From NCBI GenBank assembly GCA_027036135.1, contig JALVSY010000007.1, positions 228,880-292,879 of the forward strand: a DNA stretch of 64,000 nt. The letters are read 5' to 3'. The notes under the pieces are model-generated. The model was not told the origin of the DNA. It saw nothing but the letters and a program-made list of their open reading frames with translations, and ran no database searches. The translations under genes were made by a program, and so were the position numbers. This document shows positions 9,682 to 18,297 of this stretch, piece by piece; positions within the stretch are counted from its first letter, which is position 1, and each line of letters starts with the position of its first letter. Origin of the DNA: Pyrodictiaceae archaeon (GTDB taxonomy: Archaea > Thermoproteota > Thermoprotei_A > Sulfolobales > Pyrodictiaceae).

Positions 9682-10245
9682 GTGAGTGCCTTGGCCGAGG
9701 AGAAACAAGTCTGGGCAAACCCGGCCGCACTGGGACTAGCCGGGTTCGGACTAACAACCACAGTGCTCAACCTAGCCAACATGGGTATTATAAGCGGTAC
9801 AGGGCTCACGGTGGCGTACGGCTACGCTTACGGTGGACTAGCCCAGGTCATAGCTGGTATTATAGAGTTTAGGCGCAACAACCTCTTTGGCGGAACAGCT
9901 TTTACATCGTACGGGCTCTTCTGGATCGGCTTCGCGCTACTCAACTCGCTGAAAACCCTGCCACCGACAAGCCACGGGGAACTAGCAGCATGGATGTTCA
10001 TGTGGGGCATCTTCACTCTTTACCTAGCGATTGCCGCTAAGCTTCTGAAGGAGAGAGCGGTTACCGTTGTATTGGCGCTACTAGTGATACTATTCTTCCT
10101 ACTATCAGCCGCATTTGCCGCGAATAGCAGCACCCTACTCAAAATAGCCGGAGCCGAGGGAATAGCTACTGGATTATCAGCAGTCTATACATCCGCAGCT
10201 ATAGTAATAAACGACGCGGCAGGTAGACAAGTACTGCCAGTCTAA
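9682..10245 (+). CDS. satP: acetate uptake transporter, SatP/YaaH/GPR1-FUN34 family
   Basis: ANPAALGLAGF and SYGLFW motifs; directly downstream of acs. Confidence 0.92.
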   Translation: MSALAEEKQVWANPAALGLAGFGLTTTVLNLANMGIISGTGLTVAYGYAYGGLAQVIAGIIEFRRNNLFGGTAFTSYGLFWIGFALLNSLKTLPPTSHGELAAWMFMWGIFTLYLAIAAKLLKERAVTVVLALLVILFFLLSAAFAANSSTLLKIAGAEGIATGLSAVYTSAAIVINDAAGRQVLPV

Positions 10246-10313
10246 GACCCTGGAAAGAGTTGAGGAGAGGCCCCTCTAGCCCTACATGCATTTTTGTCTC
10301 TTTGTCATCCTTT

Positions 10314-10817
10314 TTACTCTTCGCGCTTCGCTAGCTCCCGGTCAAGGGCCAGGAGAGCCACAGGGTTATCTCCTACGAGCTTCACCTTCGCTAAGAGACC
10401 CTGTGCTAGCTTCTCCTCCTCAACCTGCTCCTCGACGAACCAGTTGAGGAAGACCTCCGTAGCCTTATCGCCCTCCTCGCGAGCCACGTCAACAAGCCGC
10501 CATATCCTCCTGGTATTCTCCTCCTCGGAGCGAACGAAATCGCTTACAGCGCTGAGTATACTGTCCCAGCTTTGCTTCGGTGCAGGTACGTCGCTTAGCA
10601 CTACCCTGCCGCCTCTGTCGAGGATGTAGTCGTAGATCTTCATAGCGTGGCCCAGCTCCTCCCTAGCCTGTACCCGGAAGAAGTGAGAGAACCCACTGAG
10701 GCCCTTCTCGGCGAAGAAACTCGCCATTGCTAGGTAGAGGTAGGCGTTGCGAAGCTCCGCGTTAAGCTGCTCATTAAGAGCGCGGAACACTTTCTCCGAA
10801 GACACAGCAATTAACAC
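10314..10817 (-). CDS. ftn: non-heme ferritin
   Basis: LNEQLNAE, YLAMA, EE..HA and FLNWFVEEQVEEE ferroxidase motifs. Confidence 0.95.
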   Translation of the reverse strand: MLIAVSSEKVFRALNEQLNAELRNAYLYLAMASFFAEKGLSGFSHFFRVQAREELGHAMKIYDYILDRGGRVVLSDVPAPKQSWDSILSAVSDFVRSEEENTRRIWRLVDVAREEGDKATEVFLNWFVEEQVEEEKLAQGLLAKVKLVGDNPVALLALDRELAKREE

Positions 10818-10901
10818 CAGTTAAACAAGGCGATTAAGGTGGTATAAATATGCAGTGTTCACGTACAGAATAAAATTCTATAACCCGGTGCACAGGGTCT
10901 A

Positions 10902-11774
10902 CTAAAATCTGACAACTAGCCTAGAGACAGGGCTCAGACTAGTAACGGGATAAACTTGTTCAGGCTTTGCAGGAGGTTCTAGTAAAGCAGCAACCGCTCT
11001 TAACGACCCCTCATGTTCGTCGATAAACGCTATTACTGGTCTAACCTCCCGGTTCAAGACCTCGGCAAGAGCTTGGGCTGAGAATACAATCTTATACTTA
11101 AACACGGAATACCTCCTAATGATAACACGATCACGGCTCCTAACCGTCCTAGTGAGAGCCTTAGCTTCGAGAGCATACACATTTAATCGGCCGAGCACAG
11201 CATCTACCTCAACTTGTCCGCTATAGGTATACGCATTAGAGCGAGCTGACGGCTGGAACTTGAACTCTGTATGTCCGAAACGGAGTGAAGGAATAGTATA
11301 AACGGGGCCGCTACCGCCCTCTAGGATTCTAATAAGCTCCAGAGCGGCAATAGACGCTAAAGCCTCCACGCCCATTTGCCTCGCTAAGGAAGAAATCCAA
11401 GAGGGCAAGTTACGTATTTCCCCGAGAGACTGTGCTCTCATAAGGTCATTGCTTCTCAATGCCTCGTGAATATACTCTGGGCTAGCTCTACAAACAATAA
11501 ACATAGCTCTACCTGTATGATACTGGCCAAGCCTCACTACGTATACATTCTGTTTTCGAAGCTCGGCTGGCAGATTCTCTACTACATCGATCGACACTAC
11601 CTCTGGAGCCTTGAGACGCCTACAGAAATCCTCCTCGCTTATCCGTTTACAGACATCGTATAGGCTAAGAGGGTCACTACACCAACCCTCATTAAGCCTC
11701 TCAATAATATGCTTCATCTCGGGGCTCGCTAGGAATAGTCTCCAAAAACGTGCAGACACTGCAAGCCCTGCCAA
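10902..11774 (-). CDS. putative PD-(D/E)XK restriction-endonuclease-like protein
   Basis: QVEVDA...ALEAK catalytic-type motif; AT-richer than flanks; no adjacent methyltransferase. Confidence 0.6.
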   Translation of the reverse strand: MAGLAVSARFWRLFLASPEMKHIIERLNEGWCSDPLSLYDVCKRISEEDFCRRLKAPEVVSIDVVENLPAELRKQNVYVVRLGQYHTGRAMFIVCRASPEYIHEALRSNDLMRAQSLGEIRNLPSWISSLARQMGVEALASIAALELIRILEGGSGPVYTIPSLRFGHTEFKFQPSARSNAYTYSGQVEVDAVLGRLNVYALEAKALTRTVRSRDRVIIRRYSVFKYKIVFSAQALAEVLNREVRPVIAFIDEHEGSLRAVAALLEPPAKPEQVYPVTSLSPVSRLVVRF

Positions 11775-11817
11775 GCAGTAAATGAGAGCCTCAATAAAAC
11801 ATTATATTTTAGATGTC

Positions 11818-12399
11818 TTAGTAAGTAGATGCTAGCCTTTCTCTGAGTCTTTGAAGCGCCTCCTCGTGGTCCTTAGTCCATTTCTTTGACCACTCTAGCT
11901 TTGGCTTGGCTCGTTTTTCTATGATATTAACTAACTTCTCTAGAAGATAGAGCGTGTCTCTTGCCGCTTCTTCTCGGCTCCTGTACCTGCTTAGTGCTAG
12001 GTCTGGGTCGGGGCCGTGGTACTGGTAGTCGTGTAAATCAAGGGCAATGGAGGTATAGCCGTGGTAGCCAGTATAACCTGCTTTCTCTACTAGTAGCGCT
12101 AGTGATTTAAGCCTACTACTTGGTATCCTTGGAATACCTTTCCCGATTAACCACTCCTTATCCTTGTTCCCTAGCTCTTTGCCCAGCTTGTCTATCTCTA
12201 AGGCTAGGAGGGCACCAGTTAGGGCTCTCCATGCCTGGAAGGTCTTGCCAGCAGCATTACGGGTGTAACCCTTATCAAGGAATTCGAGGGCAATTAGTCC
12301 CTCTAACAAAGCCTCTAGGATGCGGGCAGAGGCATAGCCTAGTAGATCCCGTTGAGGCTTCGGAAGAGGCTTCTCTAACTGCTCTGCCGCTGACACCAC
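11818..12399 (-). CDS. PaREP1 family (HEPN-like) protein
   Basis: GYTRNAAGKTFQAW and LHDYQYHGPDPD motifs. Confidence 0.9.
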   Translation of the reverse strand: MVSAAEQLEKPLPKPQRDLLGYASARILEALLEGLIALEFLDKGYTRNAAGKTFQAWRALTGALLALEIDKLGKELGNKDKEWLIGKGIPRIPSSRLKSLALLVEKAGYTGYHGYTSIALDLHDYQYHGPDPDLALSRYRSREEAARDTLYLLEKLVNIIEKRAKPKLEWSKKWTKDHEEALQRLRERLASTY

Positions 12400-12443
12400 C
12401 TATAACCCTAGGACAACTTGTTCAAAAAGACTCCTAAAAGTTC

Positions 12444-12696
12444 ATAGTTAGGCTAAGAATTAAGGCTAGCCCAAGGGATAGATAATTATACCTAGGACTC
12501 TTGTTGAGCATACCATATAGCTGAAGGGGACTATACTATGCTTGAACCAAGAGAAAGTGAGCTACGAATACGTGGCGCGCCACCTCCGGAGGAGGTTCTT
12601 TAATGGATTCGCGAGAGAAGGGCCCGATTAAGAGCCAATAGGGCTAGACTCGGCGAGTTAGCAGATATTAATCTCGAGGAGGAATTCGAGAATTAA
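12444..12696 (+). pseudogene. AbrB/MazE-type antitoxin pseudogene
   Basis: Manual frame-joining gives VRLRIKASPR-IIIPRTLV-AYHIAEGDYTMLEPRESELRIR...; frameshifts plus an internal TAA at 12601-12603. Confidence 0.7.
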
Positions 12697-13099
12697 GAGT
12701 ATTTGTTGACGTTAATGTACTCATATACCTCAATACCCCATTACCAGAAAAGGGAGACGAGACTAATCGAGAAGTTTTGGCTTAACCTAGTCAAGTACCA
12801 CGAGCTATACACAAATGTCCTAGTACTCAACGAGACTATATATCTCGCTGAAGAAATACAATATATCTCCCACGGAAACCATAGAGCTGATAGATAAGGC
12901 CGTGCTACCATATATGGACGTCCTATCCCTAGGATTAGAGGAGTACTTGCTGGCCAAGAAGTTCATGACGCTGTATAACCTGGAGCCATCAGACGCCCTA
13001 CATGCTGCTACTATTATAGCTAATAGGCTTGACGCGATAGCGGGCGAAAATAGAGACTTCGACCGAGCAGGCATTAAGAGAATGTGGATACGAGAGTAA
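12693..13099 (+). pseudogene. vapC: PIN-domain (VapC) toxin pseudogene
   Basis: Three frames join to RVFVDVNVLIY...VLNETIY...PSDALHAAT...ENRDFD; two frameshifts near 12752 and 12850. Confidence 0.8.
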
Positions 13100-13212
13100 T
13101 TTAAACAACGGCTTCTTTATTCATTAAGCGATAACGCGAATACACGTAGCTAGCACATGGCAAGCTAAGCCACTATCGCCCGCGCCATGGGCCATCAGAG
13201 AGGGTTATTGTA

Positions 13213-13722
13213 TTATTTTAGCTCCATTCTGGATGCTAATTCTCGTAACACGCTCTCCAAGCTTTTCCCGGATAATAGCTTCTCCACCGCAATAGTGTCC
13301 AATGCAATATATCTCTGCGTCCTAAACCTGTACTTAATGATAGCTTTGTCCTCGGTCCATATAGGTATACCAAGCTTTAGTGCCAAAGCTATGAATGGCG
13401 TATCCTTGGGATCAAAATTCCTTGCAATGATATAGGCCTCTCTGATCTTATCGCTATAAAGCTCTCTTGGGACGATATGGATGAGCATAAATGCCAGCAT
13501 CGCTTTAACTTCGAAGTCGCTAAGAGAGTACCTCTTAAGTTTCTCAACGTGTTTATGGAACTCGATAAGCGCTTCCTCTGGCATAAAAAGATCAAGCTCA
13601 TATTTCTCGATAACACGATAAGCCCTGGAACGCTTGCCAGCTATAATAATCGTGAATAGTACATTACTATCGATTATTAGAGCAAAGCCTTCTTCCTGTA
13701 CTCTTTCTCTAGGCTCCTCCAT
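13213..13722 (-). CDS. vapC: PIN-domain toxin (VapC-like)
   Basis: IIDSNVLF, E, DPKDTPFIALA and IWTEDK PIN acidic motifs. Confidence 0.9.
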   Translation of the reverse strand: MEEPRERVQEEGFALIIDSNVLFTIIIAGKRSRAYRVIEKYELDLFMPEEALIEFHKHVEKLKRYSLSDFEVKAMLAFMLIHIVPRELYSDKIREAYIIARNFDPKDTPFIALALKLGIPIWTEDKAIIKYRFRTQRYIALDTIAVEKLLSGKSLESVLRELASRMELK

Positions 13723-13904
13723 ACCTCGTTCCTCGTCTCCTCGAACTCTTTAAGGGCTTTCTCCAAATCAATATCAACGCCTTCCTCGAGATAGCTAAGA
13801 ACAAGCTTTTTAGCTAGTCTACGCGAAAGCCCCTCAGCAACCCAGCGAATAACATCCCTCTCCGAGACATCCTCTGGAACTTTAATAACAATAACCTTAG
13901 CCAT
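13677..13904 (-). CDS. putative antitoxin upstream of the PIN toxin
   Basis: Small charged ORF (MAKVIVIKVPEDVSE...) overlapping the toxin start. Confidence 0.7.
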   Translation of the reverse strand: MAKVIVIKVPEDVSERDVIRWVAEGLSRRLAKKLVLSYLEEGVDIDLEKALKEFEETRNEVWRSLEKEYRKKALL

Positions 13905-14278
13905 GCACTTACCCCAATACACTACTGCGCTATGAGCCCAATAAATTTAGCGAAGAACACCAAGCAGAACACAGCATGACAAGATTAATCCTAATAGCTA
14001 ACTAATGAGGAGAAGCTTCCGCCTATACCCAGGATGGATTTGTATTAAGCCATAGACTCCGGAGACCACGGCAATACCGGGGAAACCTCATTAAAGTATG
14101 CGAAACTGGTCTGATAACAAACATGTCTATATAACTAATGTGTTAATGCTCGATGACTAATTCTATGAGCACAAAAATACAGCATAGAGCCTTTAAGTAA
14201 TACCCATTACTGACCTGGTACAGATTAGTATTAGCAAATCGCTTTTGCCTATTAACTAGAGCAGCAGGGGCGAGTGTA

Positions 14279-14848
14279 TTGATGCTGAGCAAGGCCCTGG
14301 AGAAGCCGCTGTCTAGGCATGAGAAGAGCCTAAGGGGCTATGCATCTGCCCGCGTACTGGAAGCCCTGCTAGAGAGCATGCTGGCCCTTGAGTTCCTCGC
14401 AAGGGGCTATACCAGGAATGCCGCTGGTAAGGCCTTCCAGGCATGGAGAGCCCTTACAGCAGCTCTACTAGCCCTAGAGAGGGACAAGATAGCTGCGAGG
14501 CTAGATAGTGAGCAGAGAAAATGGCTGCTCCGGGTAGCTATACCTCGTGTGCCCAGTACTAGGCTAAAGCCGCTAAGCAACCTAGTAGAGGAGGCCGGGT
14601 ACCCGAACTACGGCCCCTATACTGACCGCGTACTAAACCTCCATGATTATCAGTGCCATGGCCCAGACCTGGCACTAAGCAAGTACAGGAGCCGAGGAGA
14701 AGCAGCCCAGGACATACTCTACGTTATTAAGCGACTAGTAGAGATCATTGAGAGACGTATTAAGCCTCGGTTAGAAAAGGAGAAATTACGGAACAAGGAA
14801 CACCAAGAAGCTTTAGAAAAGCTTCGACGATTAATTAAACAACAGTAA
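14279..14848 (+). CDS. PaREP1 family (HEPN-like) protein
   Basis: GYTRNAAGKAFQAW and LHDYQCHGPD; paralog of 11818..12399. Confidence 0.88.
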   Translation: MMLSKALEKPLSRHEKSLRGYASARVLEALLESMLALEFLARGYTRNAAGKAFQAWRALTAALLALERDKIAARLDSEQRKWLLRVAIPRVPSTRLKPLSNLVEEAGYPNYGPYTDRVLNLHDYQCHGPDLALSKYRSRGEAAQDILYVIKRLVEIIERRIKPRLEKEKLRNKEHQEALEKLRRLIKQQ

Positions 14849-14961
14849 ATCTCTACAAGGCAACACAGGGAAGTAACCAGAGAAATTCACGGCTGCCGTA
14901 GTTAACTCCCCGAGGCCTGACAGGCAGAAGAAGGAGAAGAATGGGGATTCTAAAGAAGAGC

Positions 14962-15040
14962 TGGTGCGGCGGCCGGGATTTGAACCCGGGATCACCGGCT
15001 TGGGAGGCCGGCGTCCTAGTCCAGGCTAGACGACCGCCGC
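14962..15040 (-). tRNA. tRNA-Gly(CCC)
   Basis: Reverse complement reads GCGGCGGTCGTCTAGCCTGGACTAGGACGCCGGCCTCCCAAGCCGGTGATCCCGGGTTCAAATCCCGGCCGCCGCACCA: full cloverleaf, CCC anticodon, encoded CCA. Confidence 0.97.
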
Positions 15041-15170
15041 TTCCGTGTCGTGTGGTAGCTTTCTATGTGTGGAGGTTTATTTGGGTAGCTCCATACGTTT
15101 TGGTTTCTGTGCGTGTTTCTTTTTAGGGCCTGGTGTTTGCTTGTCTTTCCGTGGCTTGGGGTGTTTTCTT

Positions 15171-15737
15171 GTGTCTGAGACTGTTAGGGCGTTTATCGCT
15201 ATTGATATAGAGGATCCCCGTGTTATTGCCCGGCTTGTTGCTATTCGTGACGCGTTTGTTGCTACTGGTGCTCCTATGAAGCCTGTTGAGGACCAGAATC
15301 TCCATATTACTATTAGGTTTCTCGGTAATATCCCGCTTAGCCTTGCCGACGATATCCGAGGGGTTATTGAGGCTGCTAGGCCTCGTCGCGTGGTTATTCG
15401 TCTCCGCGGCGTGGGGGCGTTTCCTAGTACGCGTAACCCGAGGGTTATCTGGGTAGGTGTCGCTGATGGCGCGGAGGAGCTTACGAGGATTTACCGCGTG
15501 ATTGAGGCTGGTCTTCGCCGCCTAGGGTTCCGGCCCGAGAGGGAGGAGTTTGTGCCTCATGTTACTCTCGCGCGTATCAAGGGGAGGAGGGACATTGAGC
15601 GTGTTGTGAAGCTTCTCCACGAGCTCGCCGAGGAGGATATCGGCGAGATAGTGTTGGAGGCTGTTAGGCTCAAGCAGAGTATCCTTACCCGGAGCGGGCC
15701 TATCTATAAGACGCTAAGGGAAGTAAAAGCGGTTTAG
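15171..15737 (+). CDS. thpR: RNA 2',3'-cyclic phosphodiesterase (2H family, LigT/ThpR)
   Basis: RAFIAID, LHITIRFLG and PHVTLAR (two HxT motifs); GTG 15171 is the likely start. Confidence 0.93.
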   Translation: MSETVRAFIAIDIEDPRVIARLVAIRDAFVATGAPMKPVEDQNLHITIRFLGNIPLSLADDIRGVIEAARPRRVVIRLRGVGAFPSTRNPRVIWVGVADGAEELTRIYRVIEAGLRRLGFRPEREEFVPHVTLARIKGRRDIERVVKLLHELAEEDIGEIVLEAVRLKQSILTRSGPIYKTLREVKAV

Positions 15738-15749
15738 GAGCATTACTTT

Positions 15750-16322
15750 CTAGTCCTTGTTGCTCTCGCTCTCGTTTGCGTTATTCTTCTTACTAGCAAT
15801 ACTGCCGAGCTTCTGAATAGTTTTCTTTAAGGCTCTTACTAGTAACGCGTAGTTTGGAGCCTTGTCCTCTAGGCATTTATAAAGATCGTCTATCCAAGGA
15901 TCTATGTATCTTTTCGCGAACTCGTAAGCAACCTCTGGGCTCTTCTCGCTTATCGCGGACATGTATTCTAACATAACCGGCAGGAAGTCTGGTAGCTCCT
16001 TCTTTATGGGAACATCATATCCCGTTGCTTTAAAGAACATCTTTATCTCTAAAAGGTACTGGCCCACTTGTTCCTGTTTATTTTTCAAGGTATAGTGATG
16101 CGCGTAGAGAGGGCACTGAACCGGCATCTCGAATATAGATACATAAAATTCGTCAGCGTCCTCGGGATTAATGCTGTTAAGGAACTCATAGATCAAGCGA
16201 GCAGATTCCTCGTCCTCGGTTGCAAGTATCTTGTAGACATCTTCTTTAACCTCTACTAATTCTCTAAACTCATCACGAGGATAATCAAATAATATTGACA
16301 GAGTCTTTAACAAGTATTTCAC
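15750..16322 (-). CDS. narJ: nitrate reductase molybdenum cofactor assembly chaperone
   Basis: DYP, Y..F and ELPDFLPVMLEY motifs; last gene of the nar operon. Confidence 0.88.
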   Translation of the reverse strand: MKYLLKTLSILFDYPRDEFRELVEVKEDVYKILATEDEESARLIYEFLNSINPEDADEFYVSIFEMPVQCPLYAHHYTLKNKQEQVGQYLLEIKMFFKATGYDVPIKKELPDFLPVMLEYMSAISEKSPEVAYEFAKRYIDPWIDDLYKCLEDKAPNYALLVRALKKTIQKLGSIASKKNNANESESNKD

Positions 16323-17089
16323 GGCTCAGCCACCCTACGAGCCTTATTCATTTCAACTAGATAGAGGGCTGCAAGGGTTATTATTTGGTTAGAGAGCTGT
16401 AAACGAGGCCCTGTGAGAAATAGGCCGTATAATCCAGGCCTCCCGGCTAAAGAGTAAGCTATTAACCCGGCAACAAGGAACCACGGATTCAGTATCCCCA
16501 TGCCGAATGTAAGTATTTGAGACACTGCATAGGTATTAAGAAGGATTAACCCGGCAACAAGAGCTGAAATCGGTATACTCCAACGAAGCCCCTTGACCCC
16601 TTTACGAGTCACCAGCGGTATAGGTGCCAATAACCAAAGTATTTGTGATAGATAAGCCACTAGTAGGCTACTAGTAAAGGAAGTAAGCGCTAACACAGCT
16701 AGAGCTACGGCCTCAGCTACTCTCCTCTTATCACGGACAAGTATTAGCCCTGCAACAAGGAAGAGAACCCATGAGAGACGGATAACACCTAGATAATCAG
16801 CAATAGACAATACCAGCGTTGCTATGGCTATGACTGCTGCAACAATATCCCTGCGAATAGCAGCAATAAGACCAAGGATAACAAGTCCTAAAACAACCGA
16901 TAAGTTGAGAGCAAACAGGCCAGTCTTTGACACTATCTCGGCTAGGAGCCTCGTTACACTTGATGATGGAATGAATATCCATATACGGATAAGTATGCGG
17001 TTAAACAGTAGCTCTACTACGTAAGTAGCTAATAAAGCAGTGGAAAGGGCTTTAGCGCCTCTATAAATGTCCTCATCATTTACTTCCAT
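16319..17089 (-). CDS. polytopic membrane protein in nar operon
   Basis: Highly hydrophobic; overlaps narJ start (GTGA). Confidence 0.75.
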   Translation of the reverse strand: MEVNDEDIYRGAKALSTALLATYVVELLFNRILIRIWIFIPSSSVTRLLAEIVSKTGLFALNLSVVLGLVILGLIAAIRRDIVAAVIAIATLVLSIADYLGVIRLSWVLFLVAGLILVRDKRRVAEAVALAVLALTSFTSSLLVAYLSQILWLLAPIPLVTRKGVKGLRWSIPISALVAGLILLNTYAVSQILTFGMGILNPWFLVAGLIAYSLAGRPGLYGLFLTGPRLQLSNQIITLAALYLVEMNKARRVAEP

Positions 17090-17241
17090 GTGGTCTGCAC
17101 CGCCCTAGGCATCGCTAACACTACTATCGTGAACTAGCTATGTCTGCCCCCTTAAGGGCTTGACTAGTTATTGCCCAGCTAAGAGCTGTGGCATAGAAAT
17201 GAAGAAACAGGGAAAAGAGTAATGCTGGTAAGGAAAAAATA

Positions 17242-18219
17242 TTATGTTGTATGTCTCCTTATGAGTGCTAGCCCTAGTGCTACTGCGAGCACTATTATTA
17301 CTACTGAGAGCCCTATGATAACGCCCTTGTTCACCTTAACTACTGTAGTGGTTTTTGTCACTGTCGCCGTAGTAGTCTTTGTCACAGTCTTTGTAGCAGT
17401 AACGGTGGTTGTCTTTGCTGGTGTAGGCGTTACTGTACCCGTTGCTGTTAGCGGTGCGAATTTCAGTGTGAACCATCCGCTTATCTCGTGCATACCTGCA
17501 CGCTGGTCGAGGGAGCCCTCCCAGTTAGCAAACGCAACACTCGTTGTTTCGCCTGGCTTGAAGCTCGGTACCAGGGGGAACACAGAGCCCATGGGCCTCA
17601 TTAGTACTACCTTCCACATGCCATTCTCGTACTTGGCGCTGGCTACCCAGATTTGTGCTTGTGGCGGTAGCTCCTCAACAGGGCTGGTTGTCGCCTCCTC
17701 CATGCCTATAGCGTACTTCTCGCCAGGCTGCATGCCATACCCGCTACCAGCAACCATGTTTTCAACTCCTCTACCTGCTTTCCAGAATACTATGTTAACT
17801 GGGTGCGCTGTATCGCCCATACATATGTAGGGCATGCCACTGCTGTTCACGGGGAACTCTGCAGCCACCGCGTCCGCGAATGCCGATATATTACCTGGTA
17901 TGCCCTCGACATCTTTTGTTGAGTCCTTCCATTCTATGAATAGTGCGAAGTGCGTGCCGTTGTAGGCCGCTGCAACCTTAAGTGTCCTTGATATCGACTT
18001 ATAAGTTTGAGGATATACTAGCATCTGTGGAGACAAGGGAATGCTTACCTTGCTAACACTGCTCCAGAAACTTGCATCGGGGTTGAGAGGGATAGCGCCT
18101 TGCTTATAATGAACAAGTATTACTGGGGTCTGCGAGGTCGCTAATACCGCTCCAAGCCCGGTTGCTATAGCCGCGACCACGATACCAAGTATTATTCCCA
18201 ACAAGGTACCTTTTCGCAT
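17242..18219 (-). CDS. heme b-binding (ethylbenzene dehydrogenase gamma/DOMON-like) subunit with Thr-rich linker and C-terminal TM anchor
   Basis: N-terminal signal; W.D.T, DAVAAEFP, ICMG, VNIVFWKA and AFANWEG motifs; between narH and narJ. Confidence 0.82.
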   Translation of the reverse strand: MRKGTLLGIILGIVVAAIATGLGAVLATSQTPVILVHYKQGAIPLNPDASFWSSVSKVSIPLSPQMLVYPQTYKSISRTLKVAAAYNGTHFALFIEWKDSTKDVEGIPGNISAFADAVAAEFPVNSSGMPYICMGDTAHPVNIVFWKAGRGVENMVAGSGYGMQPGEKYAIGMEEATTSPVEELPPQAQIWVASAKYENGMWKVVLMRPMGSVFPLVPSFKPGETTSVAFANWEGSLDQRAGMHEISGWFTLKFAPLTATGTVTPTPAKTTTVTATKTVTKTTTATVTKTTTVVKVNKGVIIGLSVVIIVLAVALGLALIRRHTT

Positions 18220-18297
18220 GTTTTACCCTCCCCTCTTCAGTATTTATTTTCTAACCCTGAAGTCATGACGGCAAGGAAGGAAAACAATGGTTTTGTG

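Noticed and set aside
10820-10901. att site duplicating the tRNA-Gly 3' end at the left edge of the island
   Set aside because: No convincing repeat of the tRNA terminus and no integrase found.
13930-14270. Non-coding stretch in the island, a possible gene remnant
   Set aside because: No recognisable reading frame or motif could be reconstructed by eye.
17222-17830. 202-aa Val/Thr-rich + strand ORF, and the many other antisense ORFs in the track
   Set aside because: Shadow frames of well-supported genes on the opposite strand (here the Thr-rich linker); no independent motifs.
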